Below are positions 10,414 through 20,244 of a stretch of DNA of 64,000 nt, piece after piece (the stretch's first letter is position 1; each line of letters begins with the position of its first letter). Under the pieces are notes generated by a model. The model made no database searches, was not told the origin of the DNA, and worked only from the letters and a program-made list of their open reading frames with translations. A program made the position numbers and the translations under genes. This stretch comes from Candidatus Baldrarchaeum yapensis (lineage in GTDB: Archaea > Asgardarchaeota > Baldrarchaeia > Baldrarchaeales > Baldrarchaeaceae): assembly GCA_016840465.1 (NCBI GenBank), contig JAEOSH010000004.1:19904-83903 (forward strand), written 5' to 3'.

Positions 10414-10902
10414 GTGCGGAGGGCGGTGTCGGTCATGAGTAGGAATGAGGAAGCCGCAGAGGAGCGAGAGGGAGTTTTGAGAATAGGAGTGTCCCTCCCA
10501 GCAAATCTGTTGAGGGAGTTCGATGAGATCATCGGGAAGATAGGGTACACGAGCCGGAGCAAGGCATTGGCGGATGCGATAAGAGATTTCATAGACAAGT
10601 ACCACTGGCTGAGAGAGGAGGAAGAGACCGTCATCACCGGGGCCCTGACCCTCATCTACACGATAGAGAAGCGGAACCTCCCCGAGGAAATTCTGGAAAT
10701 ACAGCACAAGTATGAGGATGTCATCAGCGCGTCCATGCACATACATCTGGATGAGAGTCGTTGCTTGGAAATACTGGCGATCAGGGGTAGTAGATCAAGG
10801 ATAAAGAAGTTAGCCGAGGAACTATCGGCAAAGAAGGGGGTAGAGCAGGTTAAGGTCATAACTACCTACTACAGGGGGAAGAGTCACTCAGAAGGAGAGT
10901 AA
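10414..10902 (+). CDS. nikR: nickel-responsive regulator NikR (RHH + C-terminal metal-binding domain)
   Basis: N-terminal RHH ('RIGVSLPANLLREFDEII...GYTSRSKALADAIRDFI') and C-terminal 'HIHLDESRC' (H-x-H-x5-C) nickel-site motif. Confidence 0.65.
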   Translation: MRRAVSVMSRNEEAAEEREGVLRIGVSLPANLLREFDEIIGKIGYTSRSKALADAIRDFIDKYHWLREEEETVITGALTLIYTIEKRNLPEEILEIQHKYEDVISASMHIHLDESRCLEILAIRGSRSRIKKLAEELSAKKGVEQVKVITTYYRGKSHSEGE

Positions 10903-11512
10903 GCGCGGCGGCAATTGCGCCGTTCTGCGCATTTATTAGATTGTCTGCCGAACCCACTATCAGGACATCTCCTTCCATTATGTCAAACTCCTTCCTCAGA
11001 ATTCTGGACACCTTTTCCGGAACCTCGTAATCTCCTGGCGCTAGGAACAATTTACCTCCTTTGGAAATTATCGTAGTTGCGCCCATCGCCCCCGCCATAA
11101 TTGCCGCATCCCTCTGCTCAACTCCGGATTTGACGATATCTGCAAGACCTCTTAAGTGACAGACTACATTTACCGGTCCTACCGCTATCTCCTCGAACCC
11201 CTTAACCTCCTTTATCGCTTTTATTCGGCTCATTATCTCGTCAGCAACTTTATTTCCCAGTTCTGTGAGAAAGTGTCCACGCCGCGGCCTCACACCGACA
11301 AGTCCCAGTCTCCTCAGGTGTTTAAGTAGAGTCTTGACCGCGGCCTCTCCCAGTCCCAACTCTTTCACCAGTCGGTATCTACCCACTAGTCCCCCCTCCC
11401 TCTTCAGGATGAATATTGTCATTATTATGTGATGGGGCTCAAATACGGGCGACGGACCGACCGATCTTTTCCTAAAAAGATCCGATATTAGGGATTTGAG
11501 AGACTTCCCCAC
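10862..11512 (-). CDS. hypothetical protein, N-terminal wHTH, possible V4R-like C-terminal domain
   Basis: 216-aa ORF; 'GRYRLVKELGLGEAAVKTLLKHLRRLGLV' is HTH-like. Convergent about 40-nt overlap with nikR. Confidence 0.35.
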   Translation of the reverse strand: MGKSLKSLISDLFRKRSVGPSPVFEPHHIIMTIFILKREGGLVGRYRLVKELGLGEAAVKTLLKHLRRLGLVGVRPRRGHFLTELGNKVADEIMSRIKAIKEVKGFEEIAVGPVNVVCHLRGLADIVKSGVEQRDAAIMAGAMGATTIISKGGKLFLAPGDYEVPEKVSRILRKEFDIMEGDVLIVGSADNLINAQNGAIAAALTLLLSDSSPCSR

Positions 11513-11693
11513 AGCGGTTCACCTAGAACTCTACGACTTTGCTGTTGCAATTTTATCAGGACTCCCCGGAATATTTAGATATCGGAAGTAGTTGCCGACC
11601 CGTAATACTGGGCTCATGTGATGGTTCCCGATTTGTCATCGTAAATTTTTATTTAGTTCAGCATTTACACTTAGTCGACGGCGGTGGATATGC

Positions 11694-12278
11694 ATGAGTA
11701 AAAAGCCGATGATGGGATCTTACTATCTCCTGAAGGTCGTACTGATAGGAGACGGCGGGGTCGGGAAAACGTCTCTGTGTCGGAGGTTCGTTGAAAAGAA
11801 ATTCGAGCACAAATACCTCCCGACAATAGGCGCCGATTTCTATGTTAAGAATGTCTTCCTCGACGACGTAACCCCGGTGAAATTCCAAATATGGGACCTT
11901 GCTGGGCAACCTAGGTTTCATTCCGTGGTTGACATGTACTTCAGAGGAGCGCGGGGGGCGTTGGCAGTATACTCCGTCGTTGACAGGGAAAGCTACAACA
12001 ATCTCATCAACTGGGTGAAAAGGCTGATAGAGAAGTCGGGAGTGCGGCCTCCACCTGCAATAATGATACTGGGGAATAAGATAGATCTCCGCGCTGGCCC
12101 AGGAGAGTTCGTATCTCCGGAGGAGGGAGAACTTCTCAAGAACAGGATTATGAAGGAGTTCGGGCTGAAAAATGTTGACTTTTTAGAAACCAGTGCCAAA
12201 ACTGGGGAAAACGTAATAGAGAGTTTTTACAGATTGGCAAAGATGGCTCTTTCAATGGTCACTCGGACAGCGAAGTAA
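11694..12278 (+). CDS. Ras-superfamily small GTPase (Rab/Ras-like)
   Basis: G1 'GDGGVGKTS', G3 'WDLAGQ', G4 'GNKIDL' and G5 'TSAK' motifs all present. Confidence 0.75.
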   Translation: MSKKPMMGSYYLLKVVLIGDGGVGKTSLCRRFVEKKFEHKYLPTIGADFYVKNVFLDDVTPVKFQIWDLAGQPRFHSVVDMYFRGARGALAVYSVVDRESYNNLINWVKRLIEKSGVRPPPAIMILGNKIDLRAGPGEFVSPEEGELLKNRIMKEFGLKNVDFLETSAKTGENVIESFYRLAKMALSMVTRTAK

Positions 12279-12284
12279 TAGCGT

Positions 12285-12851
12285 TCACTTCTCACTCTTT
12301 TCCTCTCTAACGAGATCCATTAAGGATGGGGCGAGGGCGAGGTGCTCCTTTACGACATTTAGCACAATTGAGGTCGATGTTCTCTCAATGCGGGGATCCG
12401 CAAGGAGGCTTTTAACGAAATTGTCCAACTCCTTTATGTTCCTGAATTTTCCGAGGATTAAAACGTCCCAGTCCCCGGTGATGTCATAAACGGCGTACAC
12501 GTGCGGGTGAGTGCTTATACTCTCCTCCAAGCTTTTAAGTGCATCTTTACCCGTACGCCCCCTCGCGAGTATCGCGGCGGTTATCGGAAATCCAAGCTTT
12601 TTCTCGTCGACGAGGACAGAAAAACCCTTTATGAGTCCGGACTTTCGCAGTTTTTCCAACCTGTAGTGAACGGTTGCAACCGAGACTCCCAACCTCTCCG
12701 AAATTTTACGCAGGCTCATGCGGGCGTCGCGATGGAGGAAATCCAGTATTTTTATATCCAATTCGTCAAGCCGTATGCTCTCATCGCTCATGCCCATGCA
12801 CCGATAAAAAGTAGGAATATTCGTAAATAAGTTTAGAGGCAAGACCAGCAC
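12285..12851 (-). CDS. Lrp/AsnC family transcriptional regulator
   Basis: HTH ('LDELDIKILDFLHRDARMSLRKISERLGVSVATVHYRLEKLRKSGLI') plus RAM domain. Confidence 0.75.
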   Translation of the reverse strand: MLVLPLNLFTNIPTFYRCMGMSDESIRLDELDIKILDFLHRDARMSLRKISERLGVSVATVHYRLEKLRKSGLIKGFSVLVDEKKLGFPITAAILARGRTGKDALKSLEESISTHPHVYAVYDITGDWDVLILGKFRNIKELDNFVKSLLADPRIERTSTSIVLNVVKEHLALAPSLMDLVREEKSEK

Positions 12852-12860
12852 TCTGGGAGT

Positions 12861-13133
12861 TCACATCTCTCCTAGTCTATCACCCACGATTGCGAATATC
12901 GCGGACAGGATAAACGAAAGTAGACTTACGAAGAGGCTTTGCTGCCTTTCGATTCCTAAATCTATGAACCCGATCCATATGAACAGTGCTAAGAAGAAGA
13001 GCACAATTCCGCCGCACAGGAGTATCAGGGAAATTGTCTTAAGAATCCTGGGCTTCTCCTCTACCTCTTCCTCTCCCATCGCTGGCACCTCAGAATATTG
13101 CGCCAGTCCCCACCTTTTATCTTTTTTGCACAT
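12861..13133 (-). CDS. small membrane protein (2 TM)
   Basis: ORF plus hydrophobic helices. Confidence 0.3.
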   Translation of the reverse strand: MCKKDKRWGLAQYSEVPAMGEEEVEEKPRILKTISLILLCGGIVLFFLALFIWIGFIDLGIERQQSLFVSLLSFILSAIFAIVGDRLGEM

Positions 13134-13156
13134 ATATGAGCATAAAATTTAGGGTG

Positions 13157-13570
13157 TTATGAGACGGGCTTAAACGCAAGAACAGGCTTTCCGTCTTCCT
13201 CAATTACCTCCATCTGCATTCTCTGCCCCATCCTGAGCTCTTCCGGTTTGTTCGGATCGACCCCAACTATTCTTCCCATGATCATCGGTCCCTCATCCAA
13301 TTTAACAATCCCCGTAACGTAGGGCGCCACGTTCTTCAGTCTCATTGGGGGAACATGTATAACCGTGAAGGTTTCCAGAGTTCCTGTTCCCTTAAACTCC
13401 ACCAGCTCTAAGTCTTTCGATCCGCACTCCTTGCACAGAAGACGTGGCGGTATCATGACAAAGTTGCACTTCTTGCACCGACAACCGATTAGCTTGCCCT
13501 CCTTAAGCTTGTCGTAAAACGTTTTCGTTAGGAACTGTGCCGCACTCCCGCTCACCACAATCACCTCCTT
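13157..13570 (-). CDS. DUF35-type OB-fold/Zn-ribbon protein (thiolase/HMGCS scaffold partner)
   Basis: Zn-ribbon 'CRCKKCNF...CKECGS' and OB-fold C-terminus. A GTG start follows an SD-like 'ggaggtga' that overlaps the thiolase stop. The longer ORF-track extension (to 13729) is an alternative-start artefact. Confidence 0.6.
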   Translation of the reverse strand, partial: KEVIVVSGSAAQFLTKTFYDKLKEGKLIGCRCKKCNFVMIPPRLLCKECGSKDLELVEFKGTGTLETFTVIHVPPMRLKNVAPYVTGIVKLDEGPMIMGRIVGVDPNKPEELRMGQRMQMEVIEEDGKPVLAFKPVS

Positions 13571-14817
13571 AATATCACAACTCCGCAGCTGGCACCTGTT
13601 CCTCCAACATTGTGCGCGAGTCCTATCTCGGCATCGGGGATCTGCCTCTTTCCCGCCTCTCCTCTGAGTTGCTTCCAGAGTTCGTGGATCATCGCAGCCC
13701 CCGTTGCACCTACGGGATGACCCTTGCACTTAAGTCCTCCTGAGGGATTCACGGGTCTATCGCCATCAAGTGCGGTTCTTCCCTCCACGGCCGCCTTTAA
13801 ACCCTCTCCTCTCTCAAACAGTCCGAGGTCTTCGGTGGCTATTACCTCGGCGATCGAGAAGCAGTCGTGTACCTCCACCACATCCACATCTTTCGGCTCT
13901 ATACCTGCCATTTTGTACGCTTGCCTACTTGCAAATACCGCGGACGCGAATGATGTGAGACTAATCCTGTCATGAAGCGCAAGGGTATCGGTTCCGAATC
14001 CTATACCTGCAACGCGTATCGGCGTATCTGTAAACTTCTTTGCAACATCCTCGGCCGCGAGTATTGCAACGGCTGCGCCGTCTGATATCGGGCAGCAATC
14101 AAATAACCTCAGAGGCCATGCTATGACCCTGTTGTACTTAGATTTCAGGAAGTCTAGGGGATCTTTGAACGTGACTCCCTCTCTTTGCCCTATCCTCTTT
14201 GCTATGTCCATTATCTCCTCTTGGAACTGCGCCTTTGGATTCAAGGCACCATTATGGTGGTTCTTTATTGGTATTGCCTGTAAGTCCTCCCAGGTCATGT
14301 TGTACTTCTTAAAGTACGCCTGAGCAAGGAGAGCGTAGAGTCCTGGGAAGGTGGCTCCTGCGGGTATTTCGTAGTCGTCGTCAGCGGCCACCGATAGAGC
14401 GTCAGTTACTCCCTCGGTTGGCAATGCTGTCATCTTCTCAACTCCGCCTACCATCACGACATCATACCATCCGGATGCTATTGCAAGGACCCCCGTCATG
14501 AACGCCGCTATGGAACTTGCGCATGCAGTTTCGGTTCTCCACCCAGTGATTGGAGTCAGCCCCATCCAATCCGTGACGAGGGGGCCTATATGCCCCTGAT
14601 GCTCGTATAAGGAGGGAGTGAAGTATCCCACGAAGAGCGCCTGTATATCCTTTCTCTCTATGCCCTTATCGACGCTTTCCATAGCCTCGAGTGCCGCTTC
14701 GACGAATAATTCCCGGCCACTTTTGTCCTTATGAATTTTGTGGTGAAATCTCGTCATCCCAGCACCAATTACGCAAACTCCTCTTTGTAGTCCCATTTCC
14801 ACCACCCACGAGCCCAA
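13561..14817 (-). CDS. thiolase (acetyl-CoA C-acyltransferase, archaeal SCP-x type)
   Basis: Nucleophile 'ETACASS' and C-terminal 'GHPVGATGAAM'. Confidence 0.8.
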   Translation of the reverse strand: MGSWVVEMGLQRGVCVIGAGMTRFHHKIHKDKSGRELFVEAALEAMESVDKGIERKDIQALFVGYFTPSLYEHQGHIGPLVTDWMGLTPITGWRTETACASSIAAFMTGVLAIASGWYDVVMVGGVEKMTALPTEGVTDALSVAADDDYEIPAGATFPGLYALLAQAYFKKYNMTWEDLQAIPIKNHHNGALNPKAQFQEEIMDIAKRIGQREGVTFKDPLDFLKSKYNRVIAWPLRLFDCCPISDGAAVAILAAEDVAKKFTDTPIRVAGIGFGTDTLALHDRISLTSFASAVFASRQAYKMAGIEPKDVDVVEVHDCFSIAEVIATEDLGLFERGEGLKAAVEGRTALDGDRPVNPSGGLKCKGHPVGATGAAMIHELWKQLRGEAGKRQIPDAEIGLAHNVGGTGASCGVVILRR

Positions 14818-15138
14818 GTGCTTCCTTGATGATTACCGTGCAGAATTTAAAATTGTTTTTGTCAATTCACGAATATTTCCTCTCATGTGCGTTCACTTCT
14901 GATGAAAAATAGTGGACAAATACCAGTATACTGGGCTTCTAGTAACGAAATCGTTAATTGTCGTGTATAAGCACTTTCTCTACGTGAAGATCATGTGAGA
15001 GGTCGTTGCCGGAAAAATCCTATAAAACTCATTTTTGGAAGATTCTATGTTCATCTCCAGCTAATTCAATGATTTACACGATAAATATGAAATTTTTCCC
15101 TGCTTCGCTTCATGCGATCACCAGCATCGTTTGTATTC

Positions 15139-16122
15139 TCATTTTTCCTTAAAATACCTGAAAACTTTCTCAACGTTTTCCCGTACAACGCTCCACGCAA
15201 AATCCCTGTCCTTCTCTCTTATTTTGAGTTCTCCAACATCAGGTAGTGTTCCTACATCCTTTCCAGCAAGGGTCGCTACGACCCCGTATATAACAAGTTT
15301 TGCAACGTCCGGATTGGAACCGCCACTCAGAAGTACAACCATCCTCCCACCACAAACTTTTTCCGCAACATCCTTTATTGTGTGACACAATCCGATAAAC
15401 CCGTTCACGGTCAGTTCAAACCCGCCATAATCCCTGTGATGAGCGTCATGTCCAAGTTCCCAGAGGATCATTTCTGGCTTGTGTCGTTTGGCAAGTGGAG
15501 GGAGTAGTTCATTAAGAGCCCATACGATTTGCTCGTCGGTTGTATTATGTGGCAGTGGTACGCTGACCGCAGTCTTGCCAAGATCTGGGTCATATGGACC
15601 TCCGCTGTGAAACTCCAAGAGGAAAACCTCGTCATCGTCCCGATAGATGTCAAAGTTTCCATCGCCAAAATGAGGGTCTGTATCCACAATCATGAATCGG
15701 CGTGCACTCATCTCGCTCCTCAGGGTTTCTATAAGCACCGCCGCGTTATTTATATAGCAGAAGCCCCAGAAGAAGTCCTTGTTTGCATGGTGCCCGGCCG
15801 CCGCCGTAAAGACGAATGCCGAATCGACTTCTCCCGAATATACGAGTTTTCCGGCAAGCGCCGCTCCGCCTGCTGTTAGCATGGCAATATCGTAATATCC
15901 CGTCACCGACACCTTTTTCAGGTGGTCTTCAGTATGTATTTTTCTCACGATCTCAGGAGATGCCGGAACTGGTTCGTAGAGGACCACTGACGGGTCATTA
16001 AGCAGTCCGGTTTCTTTGAGGTACTCAAACGCGGGTCTTAGTCTTCCACGCAGTACCACATGACCCTCCTCGGGGTACCTGTCATTCCATATGACAGCAA
16101 CCTTGCCCATGGCGACCCCCAA
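15139..16122 (-). CDS. histone deacetylase / acetoin utilization (AcuC/HDAC) family protein
   Basis: HDAC core 'DTDPHFGDG', 'GGGY-like' and 'HHANKDF' elements. Confidence 0.7.
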   Translation of the reverse strand: MGVAMGKVAVIWNDRYPEEGHVVLRGRLRPAFEYLKETGLLNDPSVVLYEPVPASPEIVRKIHTEDHLKKVSVTGYYDIAMLTAGGAALAGKLVYSGEVDSAFVFTAAAGHHANKDFFWGFCYINNAAVLIETLRSEMSARRFMIVDTDPHFGDGNFDIYRDDDEVFLLEFHSGGPYDPDLGKTAVSVPLPHNTTDEQIVWALNELLPPLAKRHKPEMILWELGHDAHHRDYGGFELTVNGFIGLCHTIKDVAEKVCGGRMVVLLSGGSNPDVAKLVIYGVVATLAGKDVGTLPDVGELKIREKDRDFAWSVVRENVEKVFRYFKEK

Positions 16123-17422
16123 TAAAGATTTACGATTGACCTTAAGTAATGTTCACATGGCAGTGCAGGAGTCCTCATTACGCCTGAACATGAACTCTCC
16201 CGGGGGTTCTCTTATTACTAAAACACACGCGATTACCGGAGTGGACGCAGCGATTTTCGCAGTATGCCTTTCAACATTCCTTGTAAGATTTGGGTTCGGA
16301 GAACTCAACTTGATCGTCCCTTACCACCTAGCGTCTATTGGGGTTCCAAGGACGCTCATCGGAATCGCCCTCTCTCTGAACGCAACTGTGGAGATGTGTA
16401 CCGCGTTGCCCGCGGGGGCAATGGCTGACAAATTTGGCAGGTCGAAAATGTTTCTATTGGGCCTTTTCTTGGTCTCCCTGACGCTTGCGTGCTTCTCTCT
16501 GGCAACCGAATGGTGGCATTTTGCAATGCTGTGCGGATTCCTCGGCTTTGGGGAGGCATTTACGATCGCGCCGGCACTTGCGCTATTGACGGACTACACG
16601 GAGGTGGAGAGGAGGGGAAGGGTCATGGGGTTCTTTGACGCATCGGTGACTTTAGGATATGCTGCGGGCCCGCTGGCCGCCGGTTTTCTTTATGAGAAAT
16701 TCGGTCATGGAATCACGTTCCAAATCGCGAGTGGAATGGTAATTATCGCTTTTGTCATATCAGCATTTTTAGTAAGGGATGTGAGCCGTGATGTGGGTCA
16801 TTTGGGTTCTAAGAGAAGTATCATTCTGTCCGATGCTGATTTATCTCAGTATAAGAGACTCTTCCCGCTAATCGTGTCTTGGATACTTGCGATGTTTATC
16901 TTAGCTGTGGGGCAGGTTGTCATTCCAATGTACGCGGAAGCCCACAATGTCGGTACGGGAAGACTGGGAATAGTGATGGCGGCCGTGTGTATAACGCTGA
17001 TTGCAAGCTACGTACTGTTCGGCGCGATCGCAGATCGTGTTGGGAGAAAGATTCCGATGATATTTGGGCTGTCGGTATCCACGGTATCGATAATGCTGAT
17101 GGGGATAACAAACACATGGGAGAGCGCCGAAATTCTCCTCCCGATGGTTGCCGTCGGAGGGGGTGCGTTTGCTCCCGCTGCTCTTGCGCTTCTGGGAGAC
17201 ATTGCTCCCGAGAGGGGTAGGGGGGTGACTATGGGAATCTACGATGTCGTCGTGGCGACCGGGATGACCATGGGTCCCCTCTTTGCGGGCGTGATTTCGG
17301 ATCTCATGGGATTCGGTGCACTTTTCTTAATGTGCTCCGCAATAACCGCCGCCAACCTGGTGATGGTCACGTTTTTCGTAAAGATGGGGGACGGGGGCGG
17401 GAAATGTGCACACCGATCATAG
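16091..17422 (+). CDS. MFS-type transporter
   Basis: 443-aa ORF with 12 TM segments and a 'GAMADKFGR' MFS motif. Real start is probably internal. Confidence 0.65.
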   Translation: MTATLPMATPNKDLRLTLSNVHMAVQESSLRLNMNSPGGSLITKTHAITGVDAAIFAVCLSTFLVRFGFGELNLIVPYHLASIGVPRTLIGIALSLNATVEMCTALPAGAMADKFGRSKMFLLGLFLVSLTLACFSLATEWWHFAMLCGFLGFGEAFTIAPALALLTDYTEVERRGRVMGFFDASVTLGYAAGPLAAGFLYEKFGHGITFQIASGMVIIAFVISAFLVRDVSRDVGHLGSKRSIILSDADLSQYKRLFPLIVSWILAMFILAVGQVVIPMYAEAHNVGTGRLGIVMAAVCITLIASYVLFGAIADRVGRKIPMIFGLSVSTVSIMLMGITNTWESAEILLPMVAVGGGAFAPAALALLGDIAPERGRGVTMGIYDVVVATGMTMGPLFAGVISDLMGFGALFLMCSAITAANLVMVTFFVKMGDGGGKCAHRS

Positions 17423-17849
17423 AGGGGATGAGTATCGAGAGGAGCATGGTCGTCGCGTTGTGTTCAAATGGTGCGGTGGCGGTCCAGATCGTCAGGTGGA
17501 TACCCGACAGCGATGATAATACGAGAAACGCGACTATAGACGCGATCGTGCAAATTACCGAAACCAAGAGGCATCTCCAATATTCCCTCATTATGAATCC
17601 GGATGAGAGGCCAGCGACTGCCCATGCTAATATCGGCACATAGACTCCACGGCGATAGTTTGTGTAGGGGGAGCATAGATCCGCCAGCACCCTGAGGAGG
17701 GCGTACGTCGCGGTGTACGGCAATCTTTGTATCCACAGGTATTCTAGGGAGAGTGCAACTATGAACACCATTATAATTGCGGCGAGCGATCTCTTCATGA
17801 ACTCGCCCTCCTAGAAAGAGAGTGAACTTCCGAGTTTTGAAATTTTCGA

Positions 17850-19937
17850 GTGAAAGGAGATGTAGCGTCCATGGCGTTTGAGATAAAATATCGTGACGGC
17901 ATGGGCAGGATAGGGCTGCTTGAGACGCCTCACGGGAGAGTGGAGACGCCGGCATTGATGCCGGTGGTCAATCCGAAAAAGCCGGTCATTCCCGTCGAGG
18001 AATTGGTGAAGACCTACAAATCCGAGATAATAATCACGAACAGCTACATCATCTACAGGGATCCCGAACTCAGAGAGGAGGCACTAAAGCGCGGAGTTCA
18101 TGAGTTGCTGGGATTTAAGGGTCCTATAATGACTGACTCCGGGGCTTTTCAGATGTACGTCTACGGGGATGTGCAGGTGGAGCCCCTAGAGATAGTAAGG
18201 TTCCAGAGGGAGATGGGGAGCGACATCGGGGTTATTCTCGACATTTTCGGGAACCCGTATGAGGAGGAGAGTGTAGTTCGGTGGTGGGTTGAGGAGACGG
18301 TCAAGAGAGCCCAAATGGCGGTCGCAGAGAAGGGCAACATGTTACTTGCGTGCACCGTGCAGGGTGGACGCTATCCACACTTGAGGGCGGAATGTGCACG
18401 GAAACTATCCGAGTTGGACGCGGATGTGTATCCGATAGGCGGGGTTGTACCTCTGATGGAGAACTATAAGTTCAGAGACCTCGTGGAGGTGATAATATCC
18501 TCGAAATTAAACCTTCCGCCTGAAAAGCCAGTCCATTTGTTTGGTTGCGGACACCCGATGATTTTTGCGATTGCGGTCCTCCTCGGGTGCGATCTTTTCG
18601 ATTCCGCCTCCTACTCGAAGTACGCTGCGGATGATAGAGTCATTTTGCCTACGAGAACCGTAAGGCTCGAGGAACTGGACTACATCCCATGCTCCTGTCC
18701 GGTGTGCTCAAAGTATGATGTCAAGGAGCTTAAGGAGATGAGGAGAGAGGAGAGGTTTCCGCTGATTGCGAGGCATAACCTGTTCGTCAGTTTTGAGGAG
18801 ATAAGGAGGGTGAAGCAGGCAATAAAGGAGGGCATGCTTTGGGAGCTGGCAGAGCAGAGGGCGAGGGCTCACCCCAATCTGACAGCCGCTTTTCGCGTGA
18901 TCGGGAAATATGTTGACAAGATGGAGAGGTACGACCCGGTGATCAAGAAGTCGGCATTTTTCCATTTGAGTTGCGAATCTCTCAGCAGGCCGGAACCGTA
19001 TAGATACGCCAAAAGGCTCAAGGAGAGGTACAAGCGACCGCCTGATGCAAAGATTCTACTATTGTTGCCGGACAGGGGAGAGAAGCCCTACACGGTTGAT
19101 TACTCTTCCGAGTTATCCGAATTGAAGAAAGCCCTCGGAGATTTGTTTAACCACGTGCATGTGGCTTTCCTCACAATATTCGGTATCGTTCCCATAGAGT
19201 TGGAGGAGATATATCCCGTGCAGCAGTCAGTCATTCAGAAGAGATTTACTTCCGATGAGCTGAAGTACGTCGAGCACAGAATGCTCGAGTACTTTTCTAA
19301 GAACACATATGAGCATGTGCTTTATTTGAGGGGAGGCGTCGACTTCGACGATCTTGTCAGCAGGATCGCTTACAGATTTCTTATCAGCATGTGTGATGAT
19401 GTGGGAGATGTGGCAGATACTATTAAGAGGATATCCCAGGAGACGACTGTGAGGCCACGCGTTTTTGAATTGGAGAAACTGATTGCGGTTGCCGACTACC
19501 AATTTGGCGAGGGCGCGGGCGAGGCTCTCTTCATGCCCGCCGACAAGATAAGGTGGGAGTTGTCGAAGCAGACGGGGAAGATAAGGTTTGTGTACAGGGA
19601 TGACGAGTTGATTTTAACCTTAGTGCCGACCACAGGCTTCTTTACGTTAATGCCGCGGGCCGCCAAACTTCTGGTCAGAAGGCTGGAGTATCCGAGGCTC
19701 AGAGTAGTTGTGAACGAGGACGCCGAGCCATTTGTTAAGAGGGGTAGGAGTGTGTTCCCCAAGTTCATAGTCGATTGTGACCCCGAAATAAGACCGGAGG
19801 AGGAAGTGATAGTGGTGAACGAGAACGATGATGTGCTTGCGGTGGGGAGGGCTCTTCTTTCCGGGGTGGAGATGAAAAGGTTCAGAAGGGGAGTTGCGGT
19901 TAAGGTGAGGAGGGGCGTTGAAAAAAGTAAAAAATAA
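17850..19937 (+). CDS. tgtA: archaeosine tRNA-guanine transglycosylase (arcTGT) with C-terminal PUA domain
   Basis: 695-aa ORF. TGT catalytic region ('MTDSGAFQ', zinc site 'CSCPVCS') followed by long C-terminal domains typical of archaeal TgtA. Confidence 0.8.
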   Translation: MKGDVASMAFEIKYRDGMGRIGLLETPHGRVETPALMPVVNPKKPVIPVEELVKTYKSEIIITNSYIIYRDPELREEALKRGVHELLGFKGPIMTDSGAFQMYVYGDVQVEPLEIVRFQREMGSDIGVILDIFGNPYEEESVVRWWVEETVKRAQMAVAEKGNMLLACTVQGGRYPHLRAECARKLSELDADVYPIGGVVPLMENYKFRDLVEVIISSKLNLPPEKPVHLFGCGHPMIFAIAVLLGCDLFDSASYSKYAADDRVILPTRTVRLEELDYIPCSCPVCSKYDVKELKEMRREERFPLIARHNLFVSFEEIRRVKQAIKEGMLWELAEQRARAHPNLTAAFRVIGKYVDKMERYDPVIKKSAFFHLSCESLSRPEPYRYAKRLKERYKRPPDAKILLLLPDRGEKPYTVDYSSELSELKKALGDLFNHVHVAFLTIFGIVPIELEEIYPVQQSVIQKRFTSDELKYVEHRMLEYFSKNTYEHVLYLRGGVDFDDLVSRIAYRFLISMCDDVGDVADTIKRISQETTVRPRVFELEKLIAVADYQFGEGAGEALFMPADKIRWELSKQTGKIRFVYRDDELILTLVPTTGFFTLMPRAAKLLVRRLEYPRLRVVVNEDAEPFVKRGRSVFPKFIVDCDPEIRPEEEVIVVNENDDVLAVGRALLSGVEMKRFRRGVAVKVRRGVEKSKK

Positions 19938-19955
19938 AGTGATGAGTGTAAGGGA

Positions 19956-20108
19956 TCAATCGGCTTTTTCGTAGAATATGAGTTTGCAATTGGCGCACTC
20001 GAATACCCTTACTCTGATTCCGCGCGTCCTTCCCACCTTTATCGTCGGCATTCCCAGCTCGACTCCCTTCCCACCGCATCGGGGACACTTGTGTTCCTCT
20101 TCGCTCAT
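19956..20108 (-). CDS. small C4 zinc-ribbon protein (50 aa)
   Basis: Hand translation gives MSEEEHKCPRCGGKGVELGMPTIKVGRTRGIRVRVFECANCKLIFYEKAD. It is below the 60-aa ORF-track cut-off and has CPRC...CANC pairs. Confidence 0.4.
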   Translation of the reverse strand: MSEEEHKCPRCGGKGVELGMPTIKVGRTRGIRVRVFECANCKLIFYEKAD

Positions 20109-20244
20109 GTTCATCCCCCTAAGAGAATTTTGTGCCTACGAAAATTTACGGATATCGTATCCGGGTGTGAAGATGATGGCTTTAGGTGGGACTTAAATTG
20201 TCGAAGGCGATCACGATCGCACATTTTATTTATCATCAGGCCGA

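Noticed and set aside
13561-13729. ORF-track extension of the DUF35 gene overlapping the thiolase by about 170 nt
   Set aside because: Upstream-extension artefact. A GTG start with an SD-like sequence sits exactly at the thiolase stop, giving a normal-length DUF35 protein of about 135 aa.
17367-17955. Two overlapping minus-strand ORFs (143 and 163 aa) between the MFS gene and tgtA
   Set aside because: They overlap the 3' end of the MFS gene and each other and have low-complexity tails, so they are probably not both real. Possibly one short membrane protein, but unsupported.
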